NCBI GenBank assembly: GCA_963788205.1
Contig: CAWBGG010000002.1
Span: 193,988 to 257,987, forward strand
From: an uncultured delta proteobacterium
Lineage (GTDB): Bacteria; Desulfobacterota; Binatia; Binatales; Binataceae
Direction of reading: 5' to 3'
Length of the DNA: 64,000 nt
The stretch's first letter is position 1, and the number at the start of each line of letters is the position of its first letter. The position numbers and the translations under genes are program-made. The notes beneath the pieces were generated by a model. It ran no database searches, was not told where the DNA came from, and saw only the letters and a program-made list of their open reading frames with translations. Below are positions 31,774 through 42,079 of the stretch, one piece after another.

Positions 31774-33763
31774 GTGAACCACCAATTTGATGTGCGCGAC
31801 TCGACGGCCGGGTCCGCGATGAGGCGGGTGGCGCTGGCGGCGATTCTGGTTCTGGCGGCGCTGGTGTACCTGCGATGCCTCAGCGACGGCTTCGTCTACG
31901 ACGACAACATCCTGATCGTTGGCAACCATTACCTGGGCCAGTGGTCATTCCTGTGGAAGTCGCTGTTCAGAGACGAATACTGGTTCCAGGACCCGTTCCA
32001 TCTGCCGCAAAGTCCCCGTTATCGTCCGCTACTGCTGATCTGGTTCGCGCTGCAATACCGCCTTTTCGGACTCAACCCGGTGGGATGGCACGCGACCATG
32101 GTCGCAGTGCATCTGCTGGCCGTTTGGCTCGTATTCAAAATCGCCGCGCGTCTGACCTGCGATATTCGGGCCGCGTTACTGGCGGCGCTGCTGTTCGCAT
32201 TGATGCCGATTCACGTCCAGGCCGTGGCATGGGCCACGGGCTTCGGATTGGCGCTGACTGGCGCGTTTCAACTGGGAGCGTTTAATTTCTTCATGCAGCG
32301 CACCGCGGATGGGCACCGCCGCTGGCTGGTCTGTCTGGCACTCTATGCCGGCGCGCTTCTAAGCCACGGCGAAAGTGCCGGCCATGTTTCCCGGGCTGGT
32401 TGCGCTCTACAGCTTCATCTTCGAATCGCGCGGCCCAACTTCGCGCGAAGGGTCTCAATCGGCCCCGCTCGCCCGCCGCATCCGGCACGGGCTGGTCTGC
32501 GCGTCGCCCTTTATGGCGGAGACGCTCATCTACCTGTCGGTTCGCAAGCTGATACTCGGCAATCAGGCGTTGGGTACGACGAGTATAATAACTGCCGTTC
32601 AATTCGCGGCCACTGCGCCGCGAGTGATGGCGGCCTATCTGGAGTTGCTCGCGATGCCGTGGCTTGCGACTCCAGGCCATCGCGTGCTCCTGGTCTCCAC
32701 TCTGAGCGCGCCGGCGTTCTGGCTGCCCGCGATAATTCTCGCATCGCTGGCGGCGGCGGTGTTCATGCTTTTGATAGAGCGCCGTCGCCGGGAGCTCTAT
32801 GTGTTCTGCGCGGGCTGGATCGTGATGAGCCTGGCTCCGGTGATGTACCTGCCGGCGCTTCGGCCTGACCAAATCGTCGCGGATAACTATCTGTATACAG
32901 CTTCGGCCGGTTCGAGCGTTCTGATCGCCGATTGGATTGTCCACTTCTCGCGCCGGGGCACGTGGTCAGCGCGGCTGGCCTGGAGCGCGGTCGCGGCGAT
33001 GATGCTGGTCTGCGCGGTGTCGCTGTGGAGGGCGCAAGCCGTATGGCATGACAACCTGAGTCTGTTCTCGCGCTGCGTGCAGGACTTTCCCGAAGCGCAG
33101 ATCTGCCACTCCCAGCTCGGCACGGCGCTCAAGCGCAGCGGCGACTTGGCCGGCGCGCAGCGCGAATTGAGAGCTGCGCACGAGCTGGGTCCCGATCCGG
33201 TGACGCTGTTCGAGCTGGGGCAGGTGGATGCGCAACTCGGACAGGTCGATTTGGGCGCCCAGGAAGTCGCCGCCGGGTTGAGCAGCATGTCCAATCGCTC
33301 GGCCTACGGCTACATGGTTTTGGCCCAACTCTACTATCTGAACGGTGAGCAGGCGCGCAGCGAGGCCATCCTCAAGTACATGGAGACGCTCTTCGACGGC
33401 GCTCATGCCGCCGGCCTGGCCAGGGCGCGGATCGAGGTCGACCGCGGCGATGCGGCCGGTGCGGAGACTCTTCTGCGCAGCCTGACCGCCCGCTATCCGG
33501 ACGACGAACGATCTTGGGCGATGCTCGGGCAGGTGCTTGCCGGGCAGGGACGCGTCGGCGAAGCCCTCTCAGCCTATAACGAAGCCGCCAAGGTTGCGCC
33601 AGGTGATCCTGGGCCTTGGCTCGCCGCCGCCCAGTTGCTGCACGCATCCAACCGCGACCGCGAGGCGCTCGAGCAATGCCGCCGGGCGCTGGCCGCTGCG
33701 CCCAACAATCCCGACGCTCTCGCTCTCATGACGCAGATCGAGCGGGGTATCGCCAAGCGTTAA
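31774..33763 (+). pseudogene. TMTC-like membrane protein (DUF1736 + TPR), paralog 5, interrupted by a +1 frameshift near 32365-32385
   Basis: N-terminal part in frame of ORF 31774-32868 (...LVYLRCLSDGFVYDDNILIVGNHYLGQWSF...YRPLLLIWFALQYRLFGLNPVGWHATMV...LYAGALLSHGESA). Continuation in frame of ORF 32375-33763 (..MFPGLVALYSFIFES... + TPRs ...LALMTQIERGIAKR). The tail of the first ORF beyond about 32380 is a stop-free GC-rich shadow frame. Confidence 0.6.
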
Positions 33764-33797
33764 CCGGCCGTTCGCGCGGTGCGGGTCGCGCACGACC

Positions 33798-35816
33798 TTA
33801 GTGCTGCCCGGCGCGGATTTGATCGATCAACGCACGCGCGTGCGAATCGTTCGGCCGGAGTTCCAGCCCGCGGTTCAACTGCTCCATCGCTTCTTGGTCG
33901 CGGCCGAGCGCATGGAGCATCTGTGCGGCCGAGTAGTAGGTCACCGGACGATCGGGCGCCAGCGCGATCGCCTTCTCGTATGCCGCCAAGGCGTCCTGAT
34001 TGCGCTTTTGCGCGGCCAGCGCGCCGCCCAGCGTCAGCCACACGCGAAAATCGCGGTTCTCCGGATCGCGCGCCTCAAGCGGGAGCAGAACCGCCTCAGC
34101 GCCGGACGGATCGCCATGCGCCATCTTGATCTGGGCCCGTGCCAACGCGACGGCTTTGACGCCATCAGGCAGGGATGCAGCGTGTTCGAGCGTTGCCTCG
34201 CTGCCCGCCTGGTCGCCGGTCGAGTCGAGGACTTGCGCCAGCAGCGCATAAGCAAACGGGTCCGAGCGTGGCACCAGTTTCAGCGCCTGGGCGATTTCGC
34301 TGGCGGCCTCCCGGTTTCGCCCCATCTGCATGTGAACGAATCCGAGGTTGTAGACCGCGCGATCGTTGTCGGGTTCGAACTCGACCGATTGGCTGAACTC
34401 GCGCTCGGCCGACGCCAGATCGCCATGTTCGAGGTAATGCCCGCCCAGATTGTCGTGGCACGCCGAGCATTCCGGAAACTGCTCGACGACCTGGCTGAAG
34501 AGCGTGAAGTCGTCGCGCCAAAATCCTTCGGCGCTCCAGAGCGCCACCACGTAGCTTGCGAGCAGGATAGCCGCGGCACCGATCGCGATTTGCCTGGTCT
34601 GCGTGCTACGCCGGGCAAACCGGATCGCCAGATCGCCGGCCATCACGCACAGCGCAACTGCGGGCAGGTAGAGATAGTTGTCCTGCACGATCTGATCGGG
34701 ACGCAGCGCGCGCAGATTCATCACGGGCGCGATCGCTATCCCCATCCAGGCGGCGCAGAACAGGTACAGCCGGCGGCGCGAATCGTTGCGCACCAAAAGG
34801 TAGAAGATCGCGCCGAGTGCGGCGAGAGCCGCCGCCGGCACGAGGAAGGCCGGATCCGCGGCCGTGGCGACGAAGAGCGCGCGATGGGGCGGCGGATCGA
34901 AGAACCATGGCGCGGCGAGCAACAGCAGATCGGTGACAATCACGCGCGGCACGGTCAGCAAGACCTCGGCGTTGGATGCGTGATTCAGCTGATGAGTGCG
35001 GTTGATGAATCCGAGCACCTGATAGCGAACGATCAGATAGAAGATCAGTTCGACCCAAAAAGCCGCGCTGCGGACAATCGCGGTGCGAAGGCGCGGCCAC
35101 AATTGATCCTCCGACGACTCGAGAAAAAAGGCGTACGCGAAAATCAACGCGGGAAAGAACGCGGCCACCTCATGGCTGAGGAGCGCACCGGCGAAAAACA
35201 GCATCGCGAGAATCAGCTCGGGTAACGGCGCGCGGTCGCGACGGATCAACAGGTAGATCGCGGCGAGCTCGAAAACCGCCGCCAAGGTGACGCCGCCGGC
35301 CGCCACCCACGCGACCGCTTCGGTCTGGATCGGATGAAGTGCGAAGATCGACGCGGCGACAATCGCGGCCTCGGACGAGGCCGTCAGCCGAAGCGCCACT
35401 TTATATACGAGATAGACAGCCACCAGATGCAGGCCGACCATCGCGGCGTGCCATCCTGCGGCGTTCAGACCGAACAAATTGTAGTTGAGCCACACCCACC
35501 ACAGCTGCATCGGGCGATACCGCGAGCTCACCGGCAGATGGAGCGGGTCTGAGAACCAATACTCGTCGTGAAACAGGGCCTGCCACAGGAACGAGGAGTT
35601 CGACAGACCGTGATTGGTGACGATCAGCGTATGATCGTCGAAGACGAATCCGTTGCCGAGCGATCTGAGATACACCAGCGCCGTGACGATCAGCACGCCG
35701 CCGATCAGGAGTGCCCCTCGATCGATTCCGCCCGCCAGCCCCGCCGGGACCGTCGTCCGTGGTTTCGCGTCAGCAGCCAACCGGTTCTTTATACTTAATC
35801 GGGACGCTGGTTTCAT
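33798..35816 (-). CDS. TMTC-like membrane protein (DUF1736 + TPR), paralog 6
   Basis: 672 aa. ...LVYLRSLGNGFVFDDHTLIVTNHGL...YRPMQLWWVWLNYNLFGLNAAGWHAAMVGLHLVAVYLVYK...LLSHEVAAFFPALIFAYAFF... + TPRs; ends ...LIDQIRAGQH. Confidence 0.75.
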   Translation of the reverse strand: MKPASRLSIKNRLAADAKPRTTVPAGLAGGIDRGALLIGGVLIVTALVYLRSLGNGFVFDDHTLIVTNHGLSNSSFLWQALFHDEYWFSDPLHLPVSSRYRPMQLWWVWLNYNLFGLNAAGWHAAMVGLHLVAVYLVYKVALRLTASSEAAIVAASIFALHPIQTEAVAWVAAGGVTLAAVFELAAIYLLIRRDRAPLPELILAMLFFAGALLSHEVAAFFPALIFAYAFFLESSEDQLWPRLRTAIVRSAAFWVELIFYLIVRYQVLGFINRTHQLNHASNAEVLLTVPRVIVTDLLLLAAPWFFDPPPHRALFVATAADPAFLVPAAALAALGAIFYLLVRNDSRRRLYLFCAAWMGIAIAPVMNLRALRPDQIVQDNYLYLPAVALCVMAGDLAIRFARRSTQTRQIAIGAAAILLASYVVALWSAEGFWRDDFTLFSQVVEQFPECSACHDNLGGHYLEHGDLASAEREFSQSVEFEPDNDRAVYNLGFVHMQMGRNREAASEIAQALKLVPRSDPFAYALLAQVLDSTGDQAGSEATLEHAASLPDGVKAVALARAQIKMAHGDPSGAEAVLLPLEARDPENRDFRVWLTLGGALAAQKRNQDALAAYEKAIALAPDRPVTYYSAAQMLHALGRDQEAMEQLNRGLELRPNDSHARALIDQIRAGQH

Positions 35817-35940
35817 CCCCGGAAATCATCCACGCACCGGACCACCGCGTGGCCGGACGGATTCTGGTAAAGTCCGACGATGTCGGCGCCTTCCCGACGA
35901 AGAGCGCGTTCGGTGGAGAGCATGCTCTTGCAGATCTTGA

Positions 35941-37554
35941 TTGAGATCGTCTACGGTGCCGACTCGCGTGGCTGACCTCAACCGAAATACGCGACTGGCC
36001 ATCCTCGCCGCGCTGGTCGTTGTGGCCGGTTGGCTGAGGTTCACGGCGGTCGGCTTTGGCTTGCCCCAGCAATTTCGCCCCGACGAGGAGTTCCTGGTTC
36101 CCAAAGCGCTCGATTTCGATACCGACTGGGAGCCGCATAAGGTCGTTGGCATATACCCGGCCGCGCAGATGTACCTGGTACATGGGGTGCTGCGTGGGTA
36201 TGCGATAGTCAAAGGCGAAAGCGGGAACCTGCACGCGATTTTCGACCCGAACCAGGCGCTGGCCTTTCTGATAGCCAGAGAGGTTTCGGCTGCGATGGGC
36301 ACTGCGACCACGGCCGCGGTCTACCTGGCGGCTGTACCGATATGTGGCCCAGCCGGCGCACTGGCTTCCGCCGCGGTGGTGGCCTTCTCGACCCTCCACG
36401 TGCGCGAGTCCAAGTTCGCCAAGACCGAAGCGCCGGCGGGCCTATGGATCGCGCTCGCGATCGCCATGATGATGCGCATCGTCTATCGCGGCCGGCGCTC
36501 CGACTACGCGCTGGCCGGCTTGTTCTCCGGGCTCGCCGTGGCAACGCACTATCCGGCGGGCCTGAACGTCGTTGCCGTCTTTGTGGCGCATCTCGAAGCC
36601 CGGCGCCGCGAAAATCGGCCGTTCCTGGGCGCTCTTGGCGATGGACGGATTTATCTGGCCGGTGCGGTCACAATAGTCACTTTCTTCTGCGCGACACCCT
36701 ATTTCTTTTTGGATTGGGCGCAGACCGTCCATGACTACGCCAGGTTTATTGGCACCTTGTCTCATACGGCCGAAGCGGATGGCTGGTGGTGGCTGGTAAG
36801 CCGAATGATGCCGGATGGCTTCGGTATCACGTTGCTGCTCTTCCTGCTGGTTACACTTGCATACTCTATCCTGCGCCCGAGGCCGGGCGTGCTCTTTCTG
36901 CTGGCATTTATCGCGATTAACTTTGCGAGCTTCCTCATCGGGTCGCCCCCGCTCATGTATCGCTATCTCATAACTCCGTTGCTGCCGATGGCGGTGCTGG
37001 CTGGCGTCGCTATCGGTGATTTAACCGGCTTCGCTTCAGCGCGGCTGGGAGCCACGCGCGGCAGTTTGGCCGGAGCAATGCTGACCGGGATGATTCTGGC
37101 GCCTTCACTGATCCACGATCTGCAACTCAACCGGCTTTTGCGTCAGACCGACACGCGCACGTTCGCCAGCCAGTGGATTGCCACTCATATCGCGCCGGGA
37201 AGCAATGTCGCGGTGACCAACATCGCCTATATAAACTATGGAAAGCCGCTACTGCCCCCCGGCTGCATGGTTGTTCCGATGCAAGATCCCGCGGTGCTGC
37301 GCGCAGAGGATGTCTGGTGGGTTATCTCGGACAGTCTGCCGGAAATGCGCCTCTACTCGCCGGGACCGTCAAGCGCCCAGCTTGCTGCGCTGGAATCAAG
37401 CGCCGACCTTTGGTTCGACCTCAATCCGATTAAGGATGGCGCTCCCGCGCCGATCTTCGACGAGAACGACGCGTTTTACGCGCCCATTCAACACATCGCG
37501 AGCATGGAACGGCCCGGCCCGAGGATTCGGATCTGGAGAATCAGGCCCGCCTGA
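35941..37554 (+). CDS. GT39/PMT_2-like GT-C glycosyltransferase
   Basis: 537 aa. LAILAALVVVAGWLRFTAVGFGLPQQFRPDEEFLVPKALDF (TM1 followed by a DE-containing loop as in PMT_2/ArnT-like enzymes), then ~11 further TM helices. The C-terminal soluble tail differs from the 21414 paralog. Confidence 0.65.
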   Translation: MRSSTVPTRVADLNRNTRLAILAALVVVAGWLRFTAVGFGLPQQFRPDEEFLVPKALDFDTDWEPHKVVGIYPAAQMYLVHGVLRGYAIVKGESGNLHAIFDPNQALAFLIAREVSAAMGTATTAAVYLAAVPICGPAGALASAAVVAFSTLHVRESKFAKTEAPAGLWIALAIAMMMRIVYRGRRSDYALAGLFSGLAVATHYPAGLNVVAVFVAHLEARRRENRPFLGALGDGRIYLAGAVTIVTFFCATPYFFLDWAQTVHDYARFIGTLSHTAEADGWWWLVSRMMPDGFGITLLLFLLVTLAYSILRPRPGVLFLLAFIAINFASFLIGSPPLMYRYLITPLLPMAVLAGVAIGDLTGFASARLGATRGSLAGAMLTGMILAPSLIHDLQLNRLLRQTDTRTFASQWIATHIAPGSNVAVTNIAYINYGKPLLPPGCMVVPMQDPAVLRAEDVWWVISDSLPEMRLYSPGPSSAQLAALESSADLWFDLNPIKDGAPAPIFDENDAFYAPIQHIASMERPGPRIRIWRIRPA

Positions 37555-37590
37555 GCCGCCGGACAGGCCGTAGCTTCCGCGACCCTTCCC

Positions 37591-37770
37591 ACAGGCCGTA
37601 TGAAATCCTGCCAAGAAGTCGTCGATTGGCCGACGATGGCCTGCGAATCGGCTTCGTTGTCTTTGCGCTGCGACTCCGCTAGATCGGCGTTTCGGAGGCG
37701 ACACCCGTCGAAACTGGCAACTCCATTCGCGACTCAGCATCTCCTGCGGGCAACCGCGCCACGGCTGCTG
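37591..37770. repeat. ~180-bp intergenic repeat, copy A (contains antisense fragment of acyltransferase-3 gene)
   Basis: acaggccgtatgaaatcctgccaaga...gactcagcatctcctgcgggcaaccgcgccacggctgctg; about 85-90% identical to 41826-42020. First ~55 nt are homologous to the reverse complement of 44451-44510 (internal part of acyltransferase 44206-45423). Confidence 0.7.
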
Positions 37771-37865
37771 CCGCCCCCCAAGCCATCGGTACAGGCAAGT
37801 CTGACCGACTCCTGGAAGCTGCGATTCCGCTGCTGATCGCGTGTCTTCCACTGTCGCGGCTGGCG

Positions 37866-40800
37866 TTGTTCGACCAGCCGTTCGCAGCGGGGGACTGGAA
37901 CAACCAGCTCTGGATAATCGGTTATACCGGCGAGTACCTGCGTCAACACTGGTCCTTCCCGCGGACCTTCAACACCGATCAGCTCATAGGCATTCCCTTC
38001 CCGATATTCTACGGGACCTGGCTTTATCCTGTCGCCGGGATGGTAAGTGCGTTCCTCGGCGCGGCAATCGCCGTGCGTCTGGTTATGGTGGCCCTTTTCT
38101 GGTTGCAGACCACTCAGATCATCAGACTGGTCAGAACGGTCTATTCTGACCGCTACACCGCATGGGCGCTCGCGGCCCTTGTGGCGTTCGCAGTCTATCC
38201 GCTCGGCAATCTTTATGACCGCGGGGCGTTCGCGGAAGTGGCCGCAGCTTCGCTGCTGGTCTCAGCGCTGGCGGCGTGGATGCGCGCGCTCTATACCGAC
38301 AATCCGCGCAGCAGCGCCATCTTGGCCTCCCTGGCGTGGTTTCTACTCGCGCTTTCCGCCGGGTCGCATCCTGGCACGGCGATGCTGGGGATCGTGCTGT
38401 TCGGATTTGTCCTGGTAGCGAGTCTCGCGATTACTTCCGATCGTTTCTGGATAGCAAGAACGGCCCTGTATGCGCTGCTGTTTGTGGTTGTCCTATCACC
38501 GTGGCTGTATGCTGTTTTGAAGTTCCACCAGGATCTCGCGTTGAGTCATATCAAGTGGGCGCCGACCGACCAGATCGGAACATCCTCCTTCTATACTCAA
38601 GCGAACTTCGGACTGTTAGTGGTCGTCGGCTTCCTGTCGGTCGATGCCTGCCGCCGGCTGCGTAAAGGCCAGTTGGCCGTGACGAACAAGCTCATCCTGC
38701 CCGGCGCGTGCGTCGCCCTTTTCGTGCTGGCCGGGTTGTACCCGGTTTCGACGGTTGCGTCCCTTAAGTCTGCGTATAGCCCGGTGACCTGCTGCGATCT
38801 GCTGCTTTTGCTGGCGGCCGTACCGCTGCTGAGCGTGCTGCGGGACTTCCGGCCCGAGATCGAGAGGTGGCTGAGAATCCTGCTGCTGCTGATGACGGCG
38901 GCGATGGCAGTGGGTGTGCTGGTGAAGTTCGACCGCGTGGCCGCGGTCGAAACAACGGGCGTGCTGCCTGGCACAGGGTTGCTTGGGGAACGGAAATCCC
39001 TGGCGCAGTTGCCACCGTCCTTCTACGGTCTGCGGGACTATCTCAACGTTGCCGGGGTTGACGTTGCCGCCTCTGCGCCAAGCTCGCCGAGCGTTGACCG
39101 AAAGCATCCGGTTAGTTTCACGACGCCGTCCAGCAACTCCGGCGGGGCCTTCAGCTCCGATGCACAGGTCGCGATGGTGCCCGGCGTGGGACCGAGTTTC
39201 GGTGAAGTGCAGGCCGCGATGCCGGCCGCCGTCCGGCCACTAAGACTGGTAACGAATGTTTTGAGCTTCGGCTGGAACAGGCTGGTGGTGGGCGGAAGCG
39301 AACTGCCTCCGGCGGCCAGCTACGTCTCGCCCCGGGGGACGCTCGCATTCCCGTGGTTTCCGCTCGACAAAACATTGGGATACCGGTTCGTTCCGGATGT
39401 CCCTTATAACGTGCTTCGATTCACATCGGTAACTGCGTGTTTCGCCTGGGCAGCGATTCTCCTTTGCGCTGCGGTCTTGGAAGCCACCGGCCAGCCCGCG
39501 ATTGTCGAGCGCTTAGGGCTGGGCTATCGCTCCTTGTTCGCATCGGCATTGGCCGCCGTGGTAGAATTTTTTGGCCGAGCGATCGTTGTCGCAGGGCTTG
39601 TGACGCTCGGCTTCATCGTCGTCACGGTTCTAGGCGTCTATCGGCTTGCCCAGTTCCACCATTTCTACCCTAATGGCTTGGACTGGCGTGGAGCCCTGGA
39701 AGGGATCTGGCCGCTGTTGCCTATCACTGGATGGGCAGCTATCAGAGTGTCGCTGTTTTGGGGCTGGAGCACGGCGGTAATAGCGGGACTGCTGCTGGCA
39801 TTCGACCCGGCGCTTGGCCTGTGCGACGCGCTCCTGGCTGGCGCGGCCGGTCTGTGGTTTCTGGGGGATTTTCTCGGCAACATCTTGGGTCCGCTGGGAC
39901 TGTTTCGCGCGCCGTTGATTTGGTTGTTGTTGGCCGCCGGCACGCTTTGGTTGTTGCGCCTGCGGCCGCGCATCCGCCTGCGCGCGCCCAGCATGGGACA
40001 AAAGCTGGCGTTGCTGGCCTTCGCGCTGATGGCTGTTATAACCCTGCCGATCCAACTGGGCTCGCCGGTGGTCCCGAGGGTGGACGCGCTGGCCTGGCCG
40101 TCTTCAGCCCAGCGCATTTTGACTTTCCACACTTATGCGCCACTGAACAACGACCCCTACGCAGTCTGGGCCTGGTCCGCACAGGCGCCGGGAACGGAAT
40201 TGTTCTATGCGCTGTTGGCGCTCGGCAGTGGTACGCGACTTGCCGTGCTGGCAGAGAGCGCCGCGATGGTGCCGATGCTGGGGTTGCTGGCCTTTGGCGT
40301 TTACCGGCTGGGCCGGGTGCTTTTCGATGACCTTGCGGGCGGGTTCGCGGCTCTCCTTTTGCTGTTCACCATCTTCCACAACACCATGCAAAGCATGCGG
40401 CCGGGTGTGACCGCCTTCGCGCTAGCCAGTATTGGCCTGGCCTTCTTTCTCGACGCCCGCCGAAGCCGGACCCGCATGGCGATCGGCGCGATGTTGCTCG
40501 GGGCTTCCATTCCCTCCCATGCGATCGACGGAGCCGTCGCGATGGCGGTGGCCGCCTGCGCCGTAGTGATTTGGTCAGCGGCGAAAGTTCGATCCCGGGT
40601 CCGCGCCGGTATCGGATGCCTGGCCGGTGCTTTGCTGCTCGGGTCACCGGAGTTCTTTGTCGTGTTCCGCATACCGTTGCCTTACCCGATTCTGTTGTTA
40701 AGCCAACTTGCCGGCGTCGCGGTCATCCTTGGCTCGGCGCGAACACTCGAGGGCGAATCCGTCGCGGGCTTAACGATCCCGCGCACACTCGGCTTGGCCG

Positions 40801-41795
40801 TCTTTGGGGCCCTCGCGCTGATGCTGCCGTTCGAGTCTTGGCTTACGGTGTTCGCTCCTGGCGGGGATCAGTCATCGATTCCACTAGTGGTGGCTCAATT
40901 GCTGCTGACTCCACTAGTTCTGACGACCTCGGGAGTGGTCGGGCTTATTTTGCTGGAGGTGAAATTGCGAACCAACCCAAGAGCGCCGGCCTATGCCGTG
41001 CTTGCAGCGGGCGTCGTGCTGCTCGGTCCTGTGGCGACTCTGGTACTTGGCGTCGTAGACCCCTACGCTTCAAGCGCCTCCGCAAGGTTTATGGTTTCGC
41101 ATCCTGTGGGGTATCTCAACCTGTTCTGGTGTCCCTGCTTTATTGCCTTAATCGGGGCCTTAGCGTTCGCCTTGGTCTGGAGCCGGTGGTCCAAATCGAT
41201 TGCCCTGTTCGTGCTGCTGTGCCCGTGGATTTATCCCTGGCAGGTGACGAATCCAACCCATTTTTTGTGGCAACTATTGGGCCACTCAATGGTTGAGCAG
41301 TCGGCCTACAATCTCGACATCGCCGCCCGAGGCTACTTTTCGAATTGTCCCGATCGGCGCTGGAGCCTGAGCCCGGAAGGCTTCGCTCTGGTTGACATTC
41401 TGAACCGGGAAATAAGTGCCGGGCGGATCACGATGGAAACGCATATCCCCCATGTCTCTTTTTCGCCGCCATCATGGGACTCGCCGGCGGAGTTCGCGCT
41501 TTTCACCGGAATTAACGACGACCCAATCGATAAAGACTTCGATCCCAATGACATTTATCTTGCGGACACCCGCCGACGGTCATTCAAACAATTTGTCGCC
41601 ACTTTCGCGGAGGGCGCCCCCTACATCCTCGACGAGAGAGACCTGCCGCCGGGAATCACGTACCCGGGCTATGAAGAGATCTTTGACCGCGAGCGTCTGC
41701 ACCTTTTCCGCCGCCTCGCGCTCACTGCCAACAACGTCCCTGCACCAGCGAAATTTCCACCAGAGCTTGGCGAGCCGGGTGTCGAGGCCCCATGA
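37866..41795 (+). CDS. very large polytopic membrane protein (1309 aa), uncharacterised; GT-C-like architecture suspected
   Basis: TTG start at 37866 (first ATG about 58 codons in). More than 30 predicted hydrophobic helices plus a ~300-aa C-terminal soluble domain (...SPEGFALVDILNREISAGRITMETHIPHVSFSPPSWDSPAEFALFTGINDDP...). Residues ~570-1309 are ~90% identical to the downstream 42080-44209 protein. Confidence 0.6.
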   Translation: MFDQPFAAGDWNNQLWIIGYTGEYLRQHWSFPRTFNTDQLIGIPFPIFYGTWLYPVAGMVSAFLGAAIAVRLVMVALFWLQTTQIIRLVRTVYSDRYTAWALAALVAFAVYPLGNLYDRGAFAEVAAASLLVSALAAWMRALYTDNPRSSAILASLAWFLLALSAGSHPGTAMLGIVLFGFVLVASLAITSDRFWIARTALYALLFVVVLSPWLYAVLKFHQDLALSHIKWAPTDQIGTSSFYTQANFGLLVVVGFLSVDACRRLRKGQLAVTNKLILPGACVALFVLAGLYPVSTVASLKSAYSPVTCCDLLLLLAAVPLLSVLRDFRPEIERWLRILLLLMTAAMAVGVLVKFDRVAAVETTGVLPGTGLLGERKSLAQLPPSFYGLRDYLNVAGVDVAASAPSSPSVDRKHPVSFTTPSSNSGGAFSSDAQVAMVPGVGPSFGEVQAAMPAAVRPLRLVTNVLSFGWNRLVVGGSELPPAASYVSPRGTLAFPWFPLDKTLGYRFVPDVPYNVLRFTSVTACFAWAAILLCAAVLEATGQPAIVERLGLGYRSLFASALAAVVEFFGRAIVVAGLVTLGFIVVTVLGVYRLAQFHHFYPNGLDWRGALEGIWPLLPITGWAAIRVSLFWGWSTAVIAGLLLAFDPALGLCDALLAGAAGLWFLGDFLGNILGPLGLFRAPLIWLLLAAGTLWLLRLRPRIRLRAPSMGQKLALLAFALMAVITLPIQLGSPVVPRVDALAWPSSAQRILTFHTYAPLNNDPYAVWAWSAQAPGTELFYALLALGSGTRLAVLAESAAMVPMLGLLAFGVYRLGRVLFDDLAGGFAALLLLFTIFHNTMQSMRPGVTAFALASIGLAFFLDARRSRTRMAIGAMLLGASIPSHAIDGAVAMAVAACAVVIWSAAKVRSRVRAGIGCLAGALLLGSPEFFVVFRIPLPYPILLLSQLAGVAVILGSARTLEGESVAGLTIPRTLGLAVFGALALMLPFESWLTVFAPGGDQSSIPLVVAQLLLTPLVLTTSGVVGLILLEVKLRTNPRAPAYAVLAAGVVLLGPVATLVLGVVDPYASSASARFMVSHPVGYLNLFWCPCFIALIGALAFALVWSRWSKSIALFVLLCPWIYPWQVTNPTHFLWQLLGHSMVEQSAYNLDIAARGYFSNCPDRRWSLSPEGFALVDILNREISAGRITMETHIPHVSFSPPSWDSPAEFALFTGINDDPIDKDFDPNDIYLADTRRRSFKQFVATFAEGAPYILDERDLPPGITYPGYEEIFDRERLHLFRRLALTANNVPAPAKFPPELGEPGVEAP

Positions 41796-41825
41796 TCAGC
41801 TTAGTGAGACTTATGGCCAAGGGAG

Positions 41826-42020
41826 GCTATACATACAGGCCGTATGAAATCCTGCCAAGATATACAAGTCGTCGATTGGCCCACGATGGCCTGCGAATCG
41901 GCTTCGTTGTCTTTTCGCTGCGACTCCGCTAGATCGAAGATTCGGGGACGACAGCCGTCGAAACTGGCAACTCCATTCGCGACTCAGCATCTCCTGGGGG
42001 CAACCACGCCACGGTTGTTG
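41826..42020. repeat. ~195-bp intergenic repeat, copy B (contains antisense fragment of acyltransferase-3 gene)
   Basis: tatacatacaggccgtatgaaatcctgccaagatatacaagtcgtcgattggcccacga matches the reverse complement of acyltransferase codons ...ANRGLVYLGRISYGLYV (44451-44510) at ~90% nt identity. Translated antisense it reads PSWANRRLVYLGRISYGLYV followed by a stop. Confidence 0.7.
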
Positions 42021-42079
42021 TTGCTCCCCTTGGCCGCGCGATCGTTAGCACAGCGCTTGTAACGCTCGGGTTCATCGTC

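Noticed and set aside
37600-37836. Small ORF (78 aa, MKSCQEVVDWPTMACESASLS...) conserved in both repeat copies (also 41844-42062)
   Set aside because: Conservation is explained by the recent DNA duplication itself, not by selection. The antisense strand carries the acyltransferase fragment; there is no RBS or functional motif.
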